IMG/VR virus record: IMGVR_UViG_3300028388_004772
Span: 64,001-128,000 of that record
Length of the DNA stretch: 64,000 bases
Reading direction: 5' to 3' (one strand)
DNA from: a virus
This document shows, piece by piece, positions 9,749 to 17,850 of this stretch (the stretch's first letter is position 1; every line of letters begins with the position of its first letter). The translations under genes were made by a program, and so were the position numbers. The notes beneath the pieces were generated by a model. The model did not search any database, was not told the origin of the DNA, and saw only the letters and a program-made list of their open reading frames with translations.

Positions 9749-10396
9749 ATGGCAAACATAAGCGAACTCAAATCACTTGCTTCCGTTACATTTGGTTTTG
9801 CCAGAAGCAATAACTTTCTCGTTGAACTTCCGTCAATCGGAGGTGCTGGAGGATCAAGTTCTAGTCAAAAAAGAGAACTCAATCTTCTTTGTAAAAATGC
9901 GTCCCTCCCTGGCAAGCAAATTTTAACCGTCGATCGTGTTATTGGTATGCAAGCAGAAAAAATTGCATACGGATACGCCGTTCCTCCTATTAATTTGTCA
10001 TTCTATGCTATGAACGATTATTTCATTCGCAAATATTTTGACAGATGGCTAGACTTAATGATGAATGAGGACAATGGGTTGGTGGGATATAAGAAGCCAT
10101 CTGGATACGGTGGATACAGAAGTACAGGTTATGCTGCAGCAATAAAAATTCATCAATTAAGAAAACCTCAGATTGGTATCAATGCTAATGTTGGACCAAT
10201 TCAGATTAACGTTGGGGCAGGTGGAGGTTCAGTATACAGTATTGAGCTCGAAGATGCATTTCCTACTCAAATCAGCGCAGTAGAATTTTCAAATGACTTG
10301 GACGGTCTTGTTGAAGTGAATGTTGAATTTTCATATACGAAGTGGAAGGCAATTCAACCTTCACAAAACTTTATCAATGTAAACGTGGGTGTATAA
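9749..10396 (+). CDS. gp54: Baseplate tail-tube initiator gp54 (tube fold)
   Basis: FARSNNFLVE, LLCKNASLPGKQI, LEDAFPTQI...VEFSY. Confidence 0.8.
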   Translation: MANISELKSLASVTFGFARSNNFLVELPSIGGAGGSSSSQKRELNLLCKNASLPGKQILTVDRVIGMQAEKIAYGYAVPPINLSFYAMNDYFIRKYFDRWLDLMMNEDNGLVGYKKPSGYGGYRSTGYAAAIKIHQLRKPQIGINANVGPIQINVGAGGGSVYSIELEDAFPTQISAVEFSNDLDGLVEVNVEFSYTKWKAIQPSQNFINVNVGV

Positions 10397-10406
10397 TGGA
10401 GAAATT

Positions 10407-11117
10407 ATGGCTATACCATCACTAAATTCGTCACCAAAGTATACGGTACAAATTCCGTCAACAGGTGATACGGTAAGGTTCCGACCTTTCCTTGTTAAAG
10501 AACAAAAGGTCTTGTTGTTGGCTTATGAGTCACAAGACAAGAAACAAATTATTGGTGCAATCCTCGATACAATCAAATCGTGTGTTGAGGAAGACATTGA
10601 TGTCTATCAATTGGCTACCTTTGATGTGGATTATTTGTTTACTCAGATCAGAGCAAAGTCGGTTGGTGAGAAAGTAGATATTGGATTGAAGTGTAGTCAT
10701 TGTGAGACTCAAAACAACCTTGATATCAATCTTGAGGATGTCAAAATTGAGGGTAAGAAAGAGTCTAGTGTGATCAAGCTTACTGACGATATTTCAATTA
10801 AAATGAAATATCCTAACTATGAAAAGTTCATGAAGAACAATGATATCTTTGAATCGAAGACATCGACTGATATCATTATGAACATCATCATAGCAAGCAT
10901 CGAATCGATTATGACAGAAGAAGAAAATGTACTTGCTGCAGATGAGAGTGCTGAAGACCTAATGAACTTTGTTGAGTCAATGACCGCAGCTCAGTTCCAA
11001 AAGGTATCAGACTTTATGGAAGATATGCCAACAATGAAGTTGGATGTGGACTTTAAGTGTGTAAACTGTGGGGAAGATAACACAGTAACATTACAGGGGA
11101 TTGACGATTTTTTTTAA
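10407..11117 (+). CDS. gp26: Baseplate hub assembly protein gp26
   Basis: PKYTVQIPSTG..VRFRPFLVKEQKVLL, FDVDYLFTQIRAKSVGE, two CxxC; ATG at 10407 follows GGAG. Confidence 0.9.
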   Translation: MAIPSLNSSPKYTVQIPSTGDTVRFRPFLVKEQKVLLLAYESQDKKQIIGAILDTIKSCVEEDIDVYQLATFDVDYLFTQIRAKSVGEKVDIGLKCSHCETQNNLDINLEDVKIEGKKESSVIKLTDDISIKMKYPNYEKFMKNNDIFESKTSTDIIMNIIIASIESIMTEEENVLAADESAEDLMNFVESMTAAQFQKVSDFMEDMPTMKLDVDFKCVNCGEDNTVTLQGIDDFF

Positions 11118-11299
11118 TAAGTCTCTCTCATGAATCGCTGGAAAACTATTTTAAGACAAACTTCCAGCTGTTGCAGAATTTTCATTATTCTCTACATGAG
11201 ATCGAAGATATGATCCCTTGGGAGAGAGAAATTTACTTAACGATGTTGATTACTGACATCCAAGAAAAGAACGAAAGGGCACAACAGGGAATGCAATAA
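11114..11299 (+). CDS. gp51: Baseplate hub assembly catalyst gp51; no N-terminal ATG, probably reached by -1 frameshift from gp26
   Basis: Frame reads LISLSHESLENYFKTNFQLLQNFHYSLHEIEDMIPWEREIYLTML (gp51 signature); absent from the ORF track. Confidence 0.85.
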   Translation, partial: LISLSHESLENYFKTNFQLLQNFHYSLHEIEDMIPWEREIYLTMLITDIQEKNERAQQGMQ

Positions 11300-13032
11300 T
11301 GGCAATAACTCTTGCTGATGTAAAAGAACAATTAGTCAAGCAGAACGAGCTCCAGGAAGAACAGAACAATCTTTCTGCAGCTCAGGCTGGGGCTATTGCT
11401 GGGATGGCCAGTGATCTATCTTCTCTAATTAATACCTTTAAGTCTGATCAAATGGATCAGCTTGAGGCTGATCGGGAAAAACGAGCAGAAGAACGTAGGG
11501 CAGTGAAAAGCACTACACCCAAGGCAGACAGCAACAAAGGACTTTTTGACTTTTTGCCACAAGGTGGTCTATTTGGTTTAGGTGCAGCATTAGCTTCACA
11601 ATTACCTAAATTTCTTTTAGGGCGGGCCCTCCCAGCAATTCTTGCAAAAATGTTTGCAGATGAAATTGCTGACTATGTTGAGTCAGCCACAGGCAGTAAA
11701 GCTTTAGGAGATGCTATCTTCAGGGGCCTCAATCTTGGTGCCCTAGGATTGCTTCTTGGCAAAAAGTTCGGAGCAATTGGTTTCATTGCCGGTGTATTGT
11801 TAGATGCAGGTAACAGAGCTAAACTTGATCAGCTCGGTGATACGTTGGCCTCGTTTGGCGATAATTTAGCCAAGATGTTTGGATTAGATGGATTGCCAAC
11901 CTTTAATGAGGCCTTTAAATTTGTCACAGATACGTTTGGTAAGGCAATAGACTTCTTAATATCTGGTACCACATATTTAAGCAATCTAATGAAGAACGAC
12001 AAGACTTCAGAAGATCTCGAAAAAATGAATGAGGACTTGGATATCTTAGGTGAAAATTGGGATGACTTTGGAATCGCGATTGCTGGTCTTGCTGTAATGT
12101 TTAGACCGTTAGGTACAGTAAGCTTGATATTGAAAACAATAGCAGCTCCATTTAAGATGGCATATAATGGACTTAAAGGATTAGCTGGTCTGGTTCTTGG
12201 TGGTACGGCCATTAAAGAGTTTGGTAAAACCCAGATGGGTGAAATGACCAAAGGTCAATTGCAAAGAATGAATACCGAGCAGATCAAAGGGATGTCTGCA
12301 GCCGATATTAAAAAATTAGAAGGTGAAGGGTATAACGTCAATCAAAAGACCGGCGCTGTTACAAATCTCAAAGGACAAACCGTATCAGCTGATCAGGTTC
12401 GTGGCTCTATGTCCCGACTGGGTATGGAGAATCCATTAAACCAAGCTGCAGCTAAAAAATATAGCAGATTCGGAAAACTCCTTAAAGTTGGTAAAAGTAT
12501 ACCATTCCTCGGGAGCTTATTATCAGCTGGATATCTTGGGGCAATCCTACTGAGTGATGCCTCCGACGAAGAAAAAATAAAAACAATCGGCGGACTATTT
12601 GGTGGTGTTGCCGGTTCATTGGCCCTTGCTACAATTGGTGCGGGCGCAGGTCCATTCGGCGCAATTGCTGGAGCAATCGGTGGTGGATTGGGAGGGGATC
12701 TATTGGGTCAGTGGTTTGCTGGATGGTTAATGAATAATAACAGCAAACAAGCTGGTAGTGAAAGTGTTGGGGATTATGGTGAATTTGGTAATTTAGGTAA
12801 CGACCTGAGTGCACCAACTTCCCAAGCATCCGCTCCATATGCACCTATGTCAGGAACAATACTAAGAGATGTTGCAGATCAAAGTGTTGCAATGCAGAAT
12901 ACATCAGGTGGTGTTAATATGCTCGACACTAGTGATAAGAGCGTTACTGTGAATAACAGTAGCGGGGTAACCTTGGCAGGACCAATGGGTACCCCTTTTG
13001 ATACTTACAACAAGTATGTACTGTACGCTTAG
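11299..13032 (+). CDS. gp29: Tape measure / baseplate hub gp29-like
   Basis: Helical, Gly/Ala-rich hydrophobic repeats; follows gp26/gp51 with TAATG coupling. Confidence 0.7.
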   Translation: MAITLADVKEQLVKQNELQEEQNNLSAAQAGAIAGMASDLSSLINTFKSDQMDQLEADREKRAEERRAVKSTTPKADSNKGLFDFLPQGGLFGLGAALASQLPKFLLGRALPAILAKMFADEIADYVESATGSKALGDAIFRGLNLGALGLLLGKKFGAIGFIAGVLLDAGNRAKLDQLGDTLASFGDNLAKMFGLDGLPTFNEAFKFVTDTFGKAIDFLISGTTYLSNLMKNDKTSEDLEKMNEDLDILGENWDDFGIAIAGLAVMFRPLGTVSLILKTIAAPFKMAYNGLKGLAGLVLGGTAIKEFGKTQMGEMTKGQLQRMNTEQIKGMSAADIKKLEGEGYNVNQKTGAVTNLKGQTVSADQVRGSMSRLGMENPLNQAAAKKYSRFGKLLKVGKSIPFLGSLLSAGYLGAILLSDASDEEKIKTIGGLFGGVAGSLALATIGAGAGPFGAIAGAIGGGLGGDLLGQWFAGWLMNNNSKQAGSESVGDYGEFGNLGNDLSAPTSQASAPYAPMSGTILRDVADQSVAMQNTSGGVNMLDTSDKSVTVNNSSGVTLAGPMGTPFDTYNKYVLYA

Positions 13033-13919
13033 TCGTCGTTAGCCAATTTGGCGAAGTATGACATAGTGTCGTCTTCGTCCGTGTCAAACGGAATCTCGTC
13101 CGCTGTGACAGGTTCTAACTTAGGCGCTGCAGGTTCATTCATTTGAGCCTCTTGCTTCAGAGTAGGAGCCCCAGCTTCTGCCTCTTCACCAAGAACCTTC
13201 ATCAACTTAGCTTTCAACTCATCATAAGTCTTGTAGTTAGTTGGATCGTTGAACTCTTGTAGAGGATTCAATTGACTGTAGATTACTTCAAGCTCTTCAT
13301 CAGACGCAAGCTGTGAAGGTGACTCAAACTCAGACTTATCGTAGTTACGATAGCCTTCAACATTACGAATCTTCAACTTGAAGTTTGCTCCATTCCAAAA
13401 GTCGAATGGATTGATTGGATCTTCGTCTTGGAATGATGGCTGCATTACGTCCATAATCATGTCAAAGATTTTCTTACCGAATTGATAGAGGAAGATCTTA
13501 CCTTCGTTCTGAGGATTGGATGGGTCGCTAATCACCTGGATGTTAGTTACATAATGTAGACGGCGCTTCTGATCGCGAGCCTTCTCTTTATTAGCCTCGA
13601 TACCTGAGTTCCACAGACGAGAGTTTAACTCGCCAACAGGATCAGGTTGACCGACAGAAGTCAGAGACTTCTCGATATACCACATACCAGTAGGTCCTTT
13701 GAACCCATGATCCCAGTAACGTACCCATGGAAGGTCTTCGCCTTCTGCTGCTGGTAAGAAACGTAGGACTGCATACCCATTACCAGCCTTATCGACTGTA
13801 GGTTTCCAGAATCGGTCATCACCGTAGGATTTCTTTTCTTGGGTTCCACCGACTGCATCGGCCGCTTGAACAAGCTTAGAGATTTGATCGCGATTACGCT
13901 TTAGATTTTCGAATGACAT
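13029..13919 (-). CDS. gp32: Single-stranded DNA-binding protein gp32
   Basis: DDRFWKPTVDKAGNGYAVLRFLP, GANFKLKIR..GYRNYDKSEF, acidic tail. Confidence 0.97.
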   Translation of the reverse strand: MSFENLKRNRDQISKLVQAADAVGGTQEKKSYGDDRFWKPTVDKAGNGYAVLRFLPAAEGEDLPWVRYWDHGFKGPTGMWYIEKSLTSVGQPDPVGELNSRLWNSGIEANKEKARDQKRRLHYVTNIQVISDPSNPQNEGKIFLYQFGKKIFDMIMDVMQPSFQDEDPINPFDFWNGANFKLKIRNVEGYRNYDKSEFESPSQLASDEELEVIYSQLNPLQEFNDPTNYKTYDELKAKLMKVLGEEAEAGAPTLKQEAQMNEPAAPKLEPVTADEIPFDTDEDDTMSYFAKLANDD

Positions 13920-13997
13920 CGTATTGTCCTTGTATTGCTGAAATATGTTGCTGTATTATACACTATATTTGTACCGATGGGTACACTATTATATAGA

Positions 13998-14231
13998 CTA
14001 ATCAAACGTGAGTTCATTAGTCCTTGGCAAAAAATTTAGTCTTCTTGCCTCCGCTTCAAGTTTATCTTTAATAATAGGATTAATAAACTTTTTGCAGTCT
14101 TCAATCTCAATGGAGTTCTGTTCACATAACCATACTATTGCATCCATATATGAGAGTTGTTTTTCAATCACCGTTCTTTCGACCAGCTTTGAAAATTTTG
14201 CTCTGGTTAAGAAGTTTTCTTCTACACTCAT
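13998..14231 (-). CDS. gp33: Late transcription coactivator gp33
   Basis: LSYMDAIVWLCEQNSIEIE...IKDKLEAEARRLNFLP. Confidence 0.9.
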   Translation of the reverse strand: MSVEENFLTRAKFSKLVERTVIEKQLSYMDAIVWLCEQNSIEIEDCKKFINPIIKDKLEAEARRLNFLPRTNELTFD

Positions 14232-14953
14232 TTTGTTCTTTTCTTCCTCATCGCTTTTTGATTATCCTTAAATTGCTCAAGGTCTGCGATCATTTTATTG
14301 ACACACTTGATTCTCCGAGATAATTCTCTCTTACCAAGGTGTCCGTAAGCAGCCTTTGCATCCTTGCATACACCACTGTGAGCGTCTTGATATTCAGGTA
14401 AGAGACGCTTGAGATACTCTATCACAGGTCCAACAGCCATACCCTTCAACTCGTGGATACGGAAAGCAGCAACAATGTCAAGGCATGTGTCCTCATTGTT
14501 AAACCATTCTTCCTCAAGTTGATCAATATCATACATCACAGTGTTATTGATCTTCATCGCAAGACGTTGTTGTGGTGTATAGACCTTTTTATCTCTTTCC
14601 TCAGTTAGAGCAGCTTTGGCACGTTGGATACCCTTGCCTTTTGATATCAACGTATCAATATATTCTTTGACCTTTTCACCCAGGTCATTATATTTTTCTG
14701 GGAACTCGTATCCTTTATCCATCCAATAACATGCAGCAACAATACTTCCATAAGCAGAGAAATTCCACTCGGCATTTGCAGTAGCGGCACTGTAGTCTTC
14801 TTTTGAGTAATTGTTCTTAATGTAATTTTTGAGAAGTTTTGATCTATCCTTCTCATCTAAGCTGTAGTGAAAATAATAATCAACTTTATTCCAATCACCA
14901 TCAGTGGGAATATTACGGATACCTGTTTTCAATACACCTTTGTTAGTAGCCAT
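14228..14953 (-). CDS. Hypothetical protein (T4-like)
   Basis: 241-aa ORF coupled to gp33. Confidence 0.7.
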   Translation of the reverse strand: MATNKGVLKTGIRNIPTDGDWNKVDYYFHYSLDEKDRSKLLKNYIKNNYSKEDYSAATANAEWNFSAYGSIVAACYWMDKGYEFPEKYNDLGEKVKEYIDTLISKGKGIQRAKAALTEERDKKVYTPQQRLAMKINNTVMYDIDQLEEEWFNNEDTCLDIVAAFRIHELKGMAVGPVIEYLKRLLPEYQDAHSGVCKDAKAAYGHLGKRELSRRIKCVNKMIADLEQFKDNQKAMRKKRTK

Positions 14954-15282
14954 CAGTTACGTCTCATCGTTGCATAATCTACTGGATTGTCGTCCTTTCC
15001 TACTGGGACGATGTTGCTTTTGTGGAGGGTGGCGAGACCAGTGACGTAGTCTCCTGTGTATTCTTTTCTTTCTCTTTTTGCTGCGGTCTGGTGGAAGAGT
15101 TGGTATTGGGTGAGTGATGGAACGGGCTCAGGTACGCGTACATATTTCCTGCTCGGAACATATTCTTTGAATTCCTCGATCTTTGAAGTTGGAGCCTCGA
15201 ACTTCTTAGCTCGCTTTAGCTCGCTACTATACATGCGTAACGCATTTTCGCGAGCTAACTTTTTCCGTCTGCTTACTGCCAT
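14953..15282 (-). CDS. Hypothetical protein
   Basis: YTGDYVTGLATLHKSNIVPV motif familiar from T4-like phage hypotheticals. Confidence 0.7.
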   Translation of the reverse strand: MAVSRRKKLARENALRMYSSELKRAKKFEAPTSKIEEFKEYVPSRKYVRVPEPVPSLTQYQLFHQTAAKRERKEYTGDYVTGLATLHKSNIVPVGKDDNPVDYATMRRN

Positions 15283-15464
15283 TCATCATATCCTTTCATT
15301 GCTTGGTAGGTATCTATAACACCTGAACCTTCCAAAGCATTATACACTTCTTTTTCATCTATGTAAACAGAATTTTCATTAGCAAGACGAGCAGCTACTT
15401 TACGCTCACGGTCAACCTTCTTAGCAACCCTCTTGATTAGCTGGAGCCTTTGTGATTTTGTCAT
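15273..15464 (-). CDS. Hypothetical protein
   Basis: ORF with GAGG RBS in a coupled operon. Confidence 0.55.
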   Translation of the reverse strand: MTKSQRLQLIKRVAKKVDRERKVAARLANENSVYIDEKEVYNALEGSGVIDTYQAMKGYDEWQ

Positions 15465-15612
15465 AATGTAATTTCCTCTCAAATTCATATCTAAGCATTC
15501 TGAGGTTTTCGATCTTCTCTTCCACCTCAGAAGTTTTGTTACCGACCTCTTCTAGGAATCCAAGGTCCTCATCAATTTCATTTAATTTTTGAATGATCTC
15601 TTCATGCGTCAT
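15421..15612 (-). CDS. Hypothetical coiled-coil protein
   Basis: ATGA coupling to the upstream gene. Confidence 0.5.
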   Translation of the reverse strand: MTHEEIIQKLNEIDEDLGFLEEVGNKTSEVEEKIENLRMLRYEFERKLHYDKITKAPANQEGC

Positions 15613-15875
15613 ATTACCAAACCAGAAACAGCCTGAACATAAGCCTTCTGGAATTCCTCGTTTGTTGGTGTGATAAACACATAGTTACTGATTGTGATCT
15701 TTCGAGTCTGTAATTGACCAGATACACAAACACCCTTTGCAAAACCTAGCCCTTGCTCGTTCTGCATTAATACTCGTGGATCCTCAAGTGAAATTTCACC
15801 ATCCTTTCCATTAATGTATTTACCTACAATCTCTCCTGCTAGAGAAAAAACTGTTACGATATCACCTTTTTGCAT
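15609..15875 (-). CDS. Hypothetical Sm-like beta-barrel protein
   Basis: GDIVTVFSLAGEIVGKY...YVQAVSGLV; AAGGA RBS. Confidence 0.65.
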   Translation of the reverse strand: MQKGDIVTVFSLAGEIVGKYINGKDGEISLEDPRVLMQNEQGLGFAKGVCVSGQLQTRKITISNYVFITPTNEEFQKAYVQAVSGLVI

Positions 15876-15902
15876 TACTTATTCCTTCTTACTAAAATAA
15901 AA

Positions 15903-16059
15903 GGCGGAACGGGGGGATTCGGGTAACCCCCAAGGAGGTACTATCTGATGTACCTTTCCGAATGGACCTCCTACGACCTGACGTTCCCGCTAAGGACATG
16001 GGCGCTACCCCTTCGGTCTACCTTACCCCCCATCAGCGAGAGGTATTCGGTCACGTTCC
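15903..16059 (-). ncRNA. Expanded tRNA-like ncRNA (~157 nt)
   Basis: GGAACG/CGTTCC acceptor plus G-CC, D-stem ACC/GGT with an inserted hairpin, enlarged anticodon domain, long variable arm, GGGGG-TTACCCGAAT-CCCCC T-arm; lies in the tRNA cluster. Confidence 0.7.
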
Positions 16060-16068
16060 TATCGGGGC

Positions 16069-16097
16069 AGCGGTCTACCAGACTGACCTATACTCCG
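16069..16097 (-). pseudogene. 5' half of a tRNA (Pro-like)
   Basis: CGGAGTA-TA-GGTC-AGTCTGGTA-GACC-GCT gives the acceptor 5' strand and D-arm; anticodon arm, T-arm and 3' strand are missing. Confidence 0.6.
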
Positions 16098-16104
16098 TAA
16101 ACTG

Positions 16105-16155
16105 TGGCGCCTTTTGTTCGTTGCAAAAGGTTTCCAGTGACGCCCAACTGGAGAC
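16105..16155 (-). ncRNA. Small two-hairpin/pseudoknot RNA element ending in CCA
   Basis: TCCAGT/ACTGGA and CCTTTTG/CAAAAGG stems; loop GGCG can pair with 3' CGCC(A). Confidence 0.4.
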
Positions 16156-16156
16156 T

Positions 16157-16231
16157 TGGAGTGGACGACAGGATTCGAACCTGCCTAAAACTGATTTGCA
16201 GTCAGTCGCCTAACCTATCAGCCACGTCCAC
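16157..16231 (-). tRNA. tRNA-Cys(GCA)
   Basis: Cloverleaf GTGGACG...ACTGA-CTGCAAA-TCAGT...GGTTCGAATCC...CGTCCAC-T-CCA. Confidence 0.95.
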
Positions 16232-16236
16232 AAAAT

Positions 16237-16313
16237 TGGCCTGCTCGGCAGGATTCGAACCTGCGACCCTCTGCTTAGAAGGCAGATGTTCTATCCAACT
16301 GAACTACGAGCAG
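16237..16313 (-). tRNA. tRNA-Arg(TCT)
   Basis: Cloverleaf CTGCTCG...TCTGC-CTTCTAA-GCAGA...GGTTCGAATCC...CGAGCAG-G-CCA. Confidence 0.95.
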
Positions 16314-16499
16314 ATTCTTTAAATTGTCTAACATATCAGCATCTTGTAAAATATACATCGCCACAAGACCTAAAATAATATGCATCCCATATTTTGATAT
16401 GAATGATACGATTGCTGAAAATAGACCAATTAGGACTGCTACCACTACCACGAGAGAGGAGAGAGATAATAGCAGTGATAACAGTTCTGATTGATCCAT
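16275..16499 (-). CDS. Small membrane protein whose 3' end overlaps tRNA-Arg
   Basis: Two hydrophobic stretches; TAATG coupling. Confidence 0.55.
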   Translation of the reverse strand: MDQSELLSLLLSLSSLVVVVAVLIGLFSAIVSFISKYGMHIILGLVAMYILQDADMLDNLKNLLVVQLDRTSAF

Positions 16500-16693
16500 T
16501 ATGCAGGCTCTGTATTCAAATACGTATCAACAATTTCTTTGAACTCTTCGAGTGAGATTTCTCCGTACATATCTAGATCAATCTGTTCACCCGAATCTCG
16601 AAAGCGCATCTGGCGCTTTACGATCTGTCCTGTATTGTTTGACACAACCTCGTATGTCAAACCCTTGTAAGCGTATATAGGATTGCCTTTCAT
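16499..16693 (-). CDS. Hypothetical protein
   Basis: Coupled 64-aa ORF. Confidence 0.6.
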   Translation of the reverse strand: MKGNPIYAYKGLTYEVVSNNTGQIVKRQMRFRDSGEQIDLDMYGEISLEEFKEIVDTYLNTEPA

Positions 16694-16755
16694 AGCGCTG
16701 ATACCACTACGTATTCAACAACGGCAACCACAATCATCAAACCTAAAAATTCCAT
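16690..16755 (-). CDS. 21-aa hydrophobic micropeptide (MEFLGLMIVVAVVEYVVVSAL)
   Basis: Fills the gap exactly with TAATG and ATGA overlaps; GGAGG upstream. Confidence 0.5.
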   Translation of the reverse strand: MEFLGLMIVVAVVEYVVVSAL

Positions 16756-17159
16756 TACACTTCCTCCAAGTATACATATTCTTCATAAGGGAGAGGCTCA
16801 CAATCGAGCTGAAGACCCTGAGCAGCAATCCGCTCTTCCTCAGCCTTCTCGGCCTCCCACTCCTGCTCCATCTCGAACTGAGCATTCAGAGCACGACAAA
16901 TGTCATCGTACTTCTCCTGCAACTCTTCGATAGAGTAGTTATCCCACTCAAGACGCAGACGACAACCATAAAGGTCCTTCGACGCGTCACTGATCCCATT
17001 GATCAGATTGTGACGGATGAAATCCGCAGCGGTGTAAACACCCATCTCAGCCCAATGCGTGAGATCGAGAGTCCACTCAGATGCCCATCCATCATTCTCC
17101 TCAGCCCACTTACGAGCTTGAGCGTTAAGCGAATTCAAGTGATCTAATAATGTGTACAT
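16755..17159 (-). CDS. Hypothetical early protein
   Basis: First gene behind an early promoter, GAGGAGA RBS. Confidence 0.7.
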   Translation of the reverse strand: MYTLLDHLNSLNAQARKWAEENDGWASEWTLDLTHWAEMGVYTAADFIRHNLINGISDASKDLYGCRLRLEWDNYSIEELQEKYDDICRALNAQFEMEQEWEAEKAEEERIAAQGLQLDCEPLPYEEYVYLEEV

Positions 17160-17161
17160 AA

Positions 17162-17222
17162 TGTCTCTCCTCATTTGATGTAACCATTATCTTACCTCTT
17201 GAAGAAAATGTCTACAACTTTT
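17162..17222 (-). promoter_or_regulatory. Repeated early promoter and leader, copy 1
   Basis: GTAGAC...GATAAT-GGTTACATCAAATGAGGAGAGA. Confidence 0.75.
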
Positions 17223-17680
17223 TAATCTTTTTTGTTGAAAACTTTTTTCTTAGATTTCAACGATTTATATTCATCTCGTAGAATACTTTCAAGTCCGTAA
17301 GCTTCTTTTTCCCATGGAAGATTCATGTACTCATCAAGAGTTGTGTACATGGCAATATATTCTTCACCTTTCCATTTTTTCAAGGCAAGCGAACTTGTAT
17401 CTTTGAGTTCATTTCTAGCATGCTGTTTAACATGAACCATTTCATGACAAAGTGTCTCAATCATTTCGTCAATAGTTTCTTTGGCATCAATCTCAATAAC
17501 AAATTCTCTGTTCGTAACTGAAAGACAGAAACCACTATGGAATTCAAGATCATTCGACAATTGAATACAAATGTCTAATGTTTTCATCCGAGGCATCAAT
17601 CGTTTGACACAAAAATTAACTACATCTTCTGCTAGTGCACGTTTCTTTTTTGTAGAACCCCATGCCATTATTTGATTCAT
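17222..17680 (-). CDS. HExxH zinc metallopeptidase-like protein
   Basis: TLCHEMVHVKQ...YMNLPWEKEAY. Confidence 0.75.
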   Translation of the reverse strand: MNQIMAWGSTKKKRALAEDVVNFCVKRLMPRMKTLDICIQLSNDLEFHSGFCLSVTNREFVIEIDAKETIDEMIETLCHEMVHVKQHARNELKDTSSLALKKWKGEEYIAMYTTLDEYMNLPWEKEAYGLESILRDEYKSLKSKKKVFNKKD

Positions 17681-17850
17681 ATCACATCTCCTTTTTGAGG
17701 AGTATAAACGATTGTATCCTGAATTACAACACGTTTGTATTTTTTTAATGTCTTTTTGATAGCATCTTCTGGTTCTGTGTTCATCCATTTCATATGATGC
17801 CAGTGATCACTTCCAGGGACTGTGTAGAATACTTTGCAAACTGTATTCAT
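17677..17850 (-). CDS. Hypothetical protein
   Basis: Coupled small ORF. Confidence 0.5.
   Translation of the reverse strand: MNTVCKVFYTVPGSDHWHHMKWMNTEPEDAIKKTLKKYKRVVIQDTIVYTPQKGDVI

Noticed and set aside
15903-16059. RNase P RNA or group I intron
   Set aside because: It lacks the GAGGAAAGTCC and ACAGAA..CGGC conserved regions and the P7 signatures; a tRNA-like fold fits better.
15962-16322. Plus-strand ORFs of 83 and 72 aa
   Set aside because: They are antisense to the tRNAs and the tRNA-like RNA; shadow ORFs.
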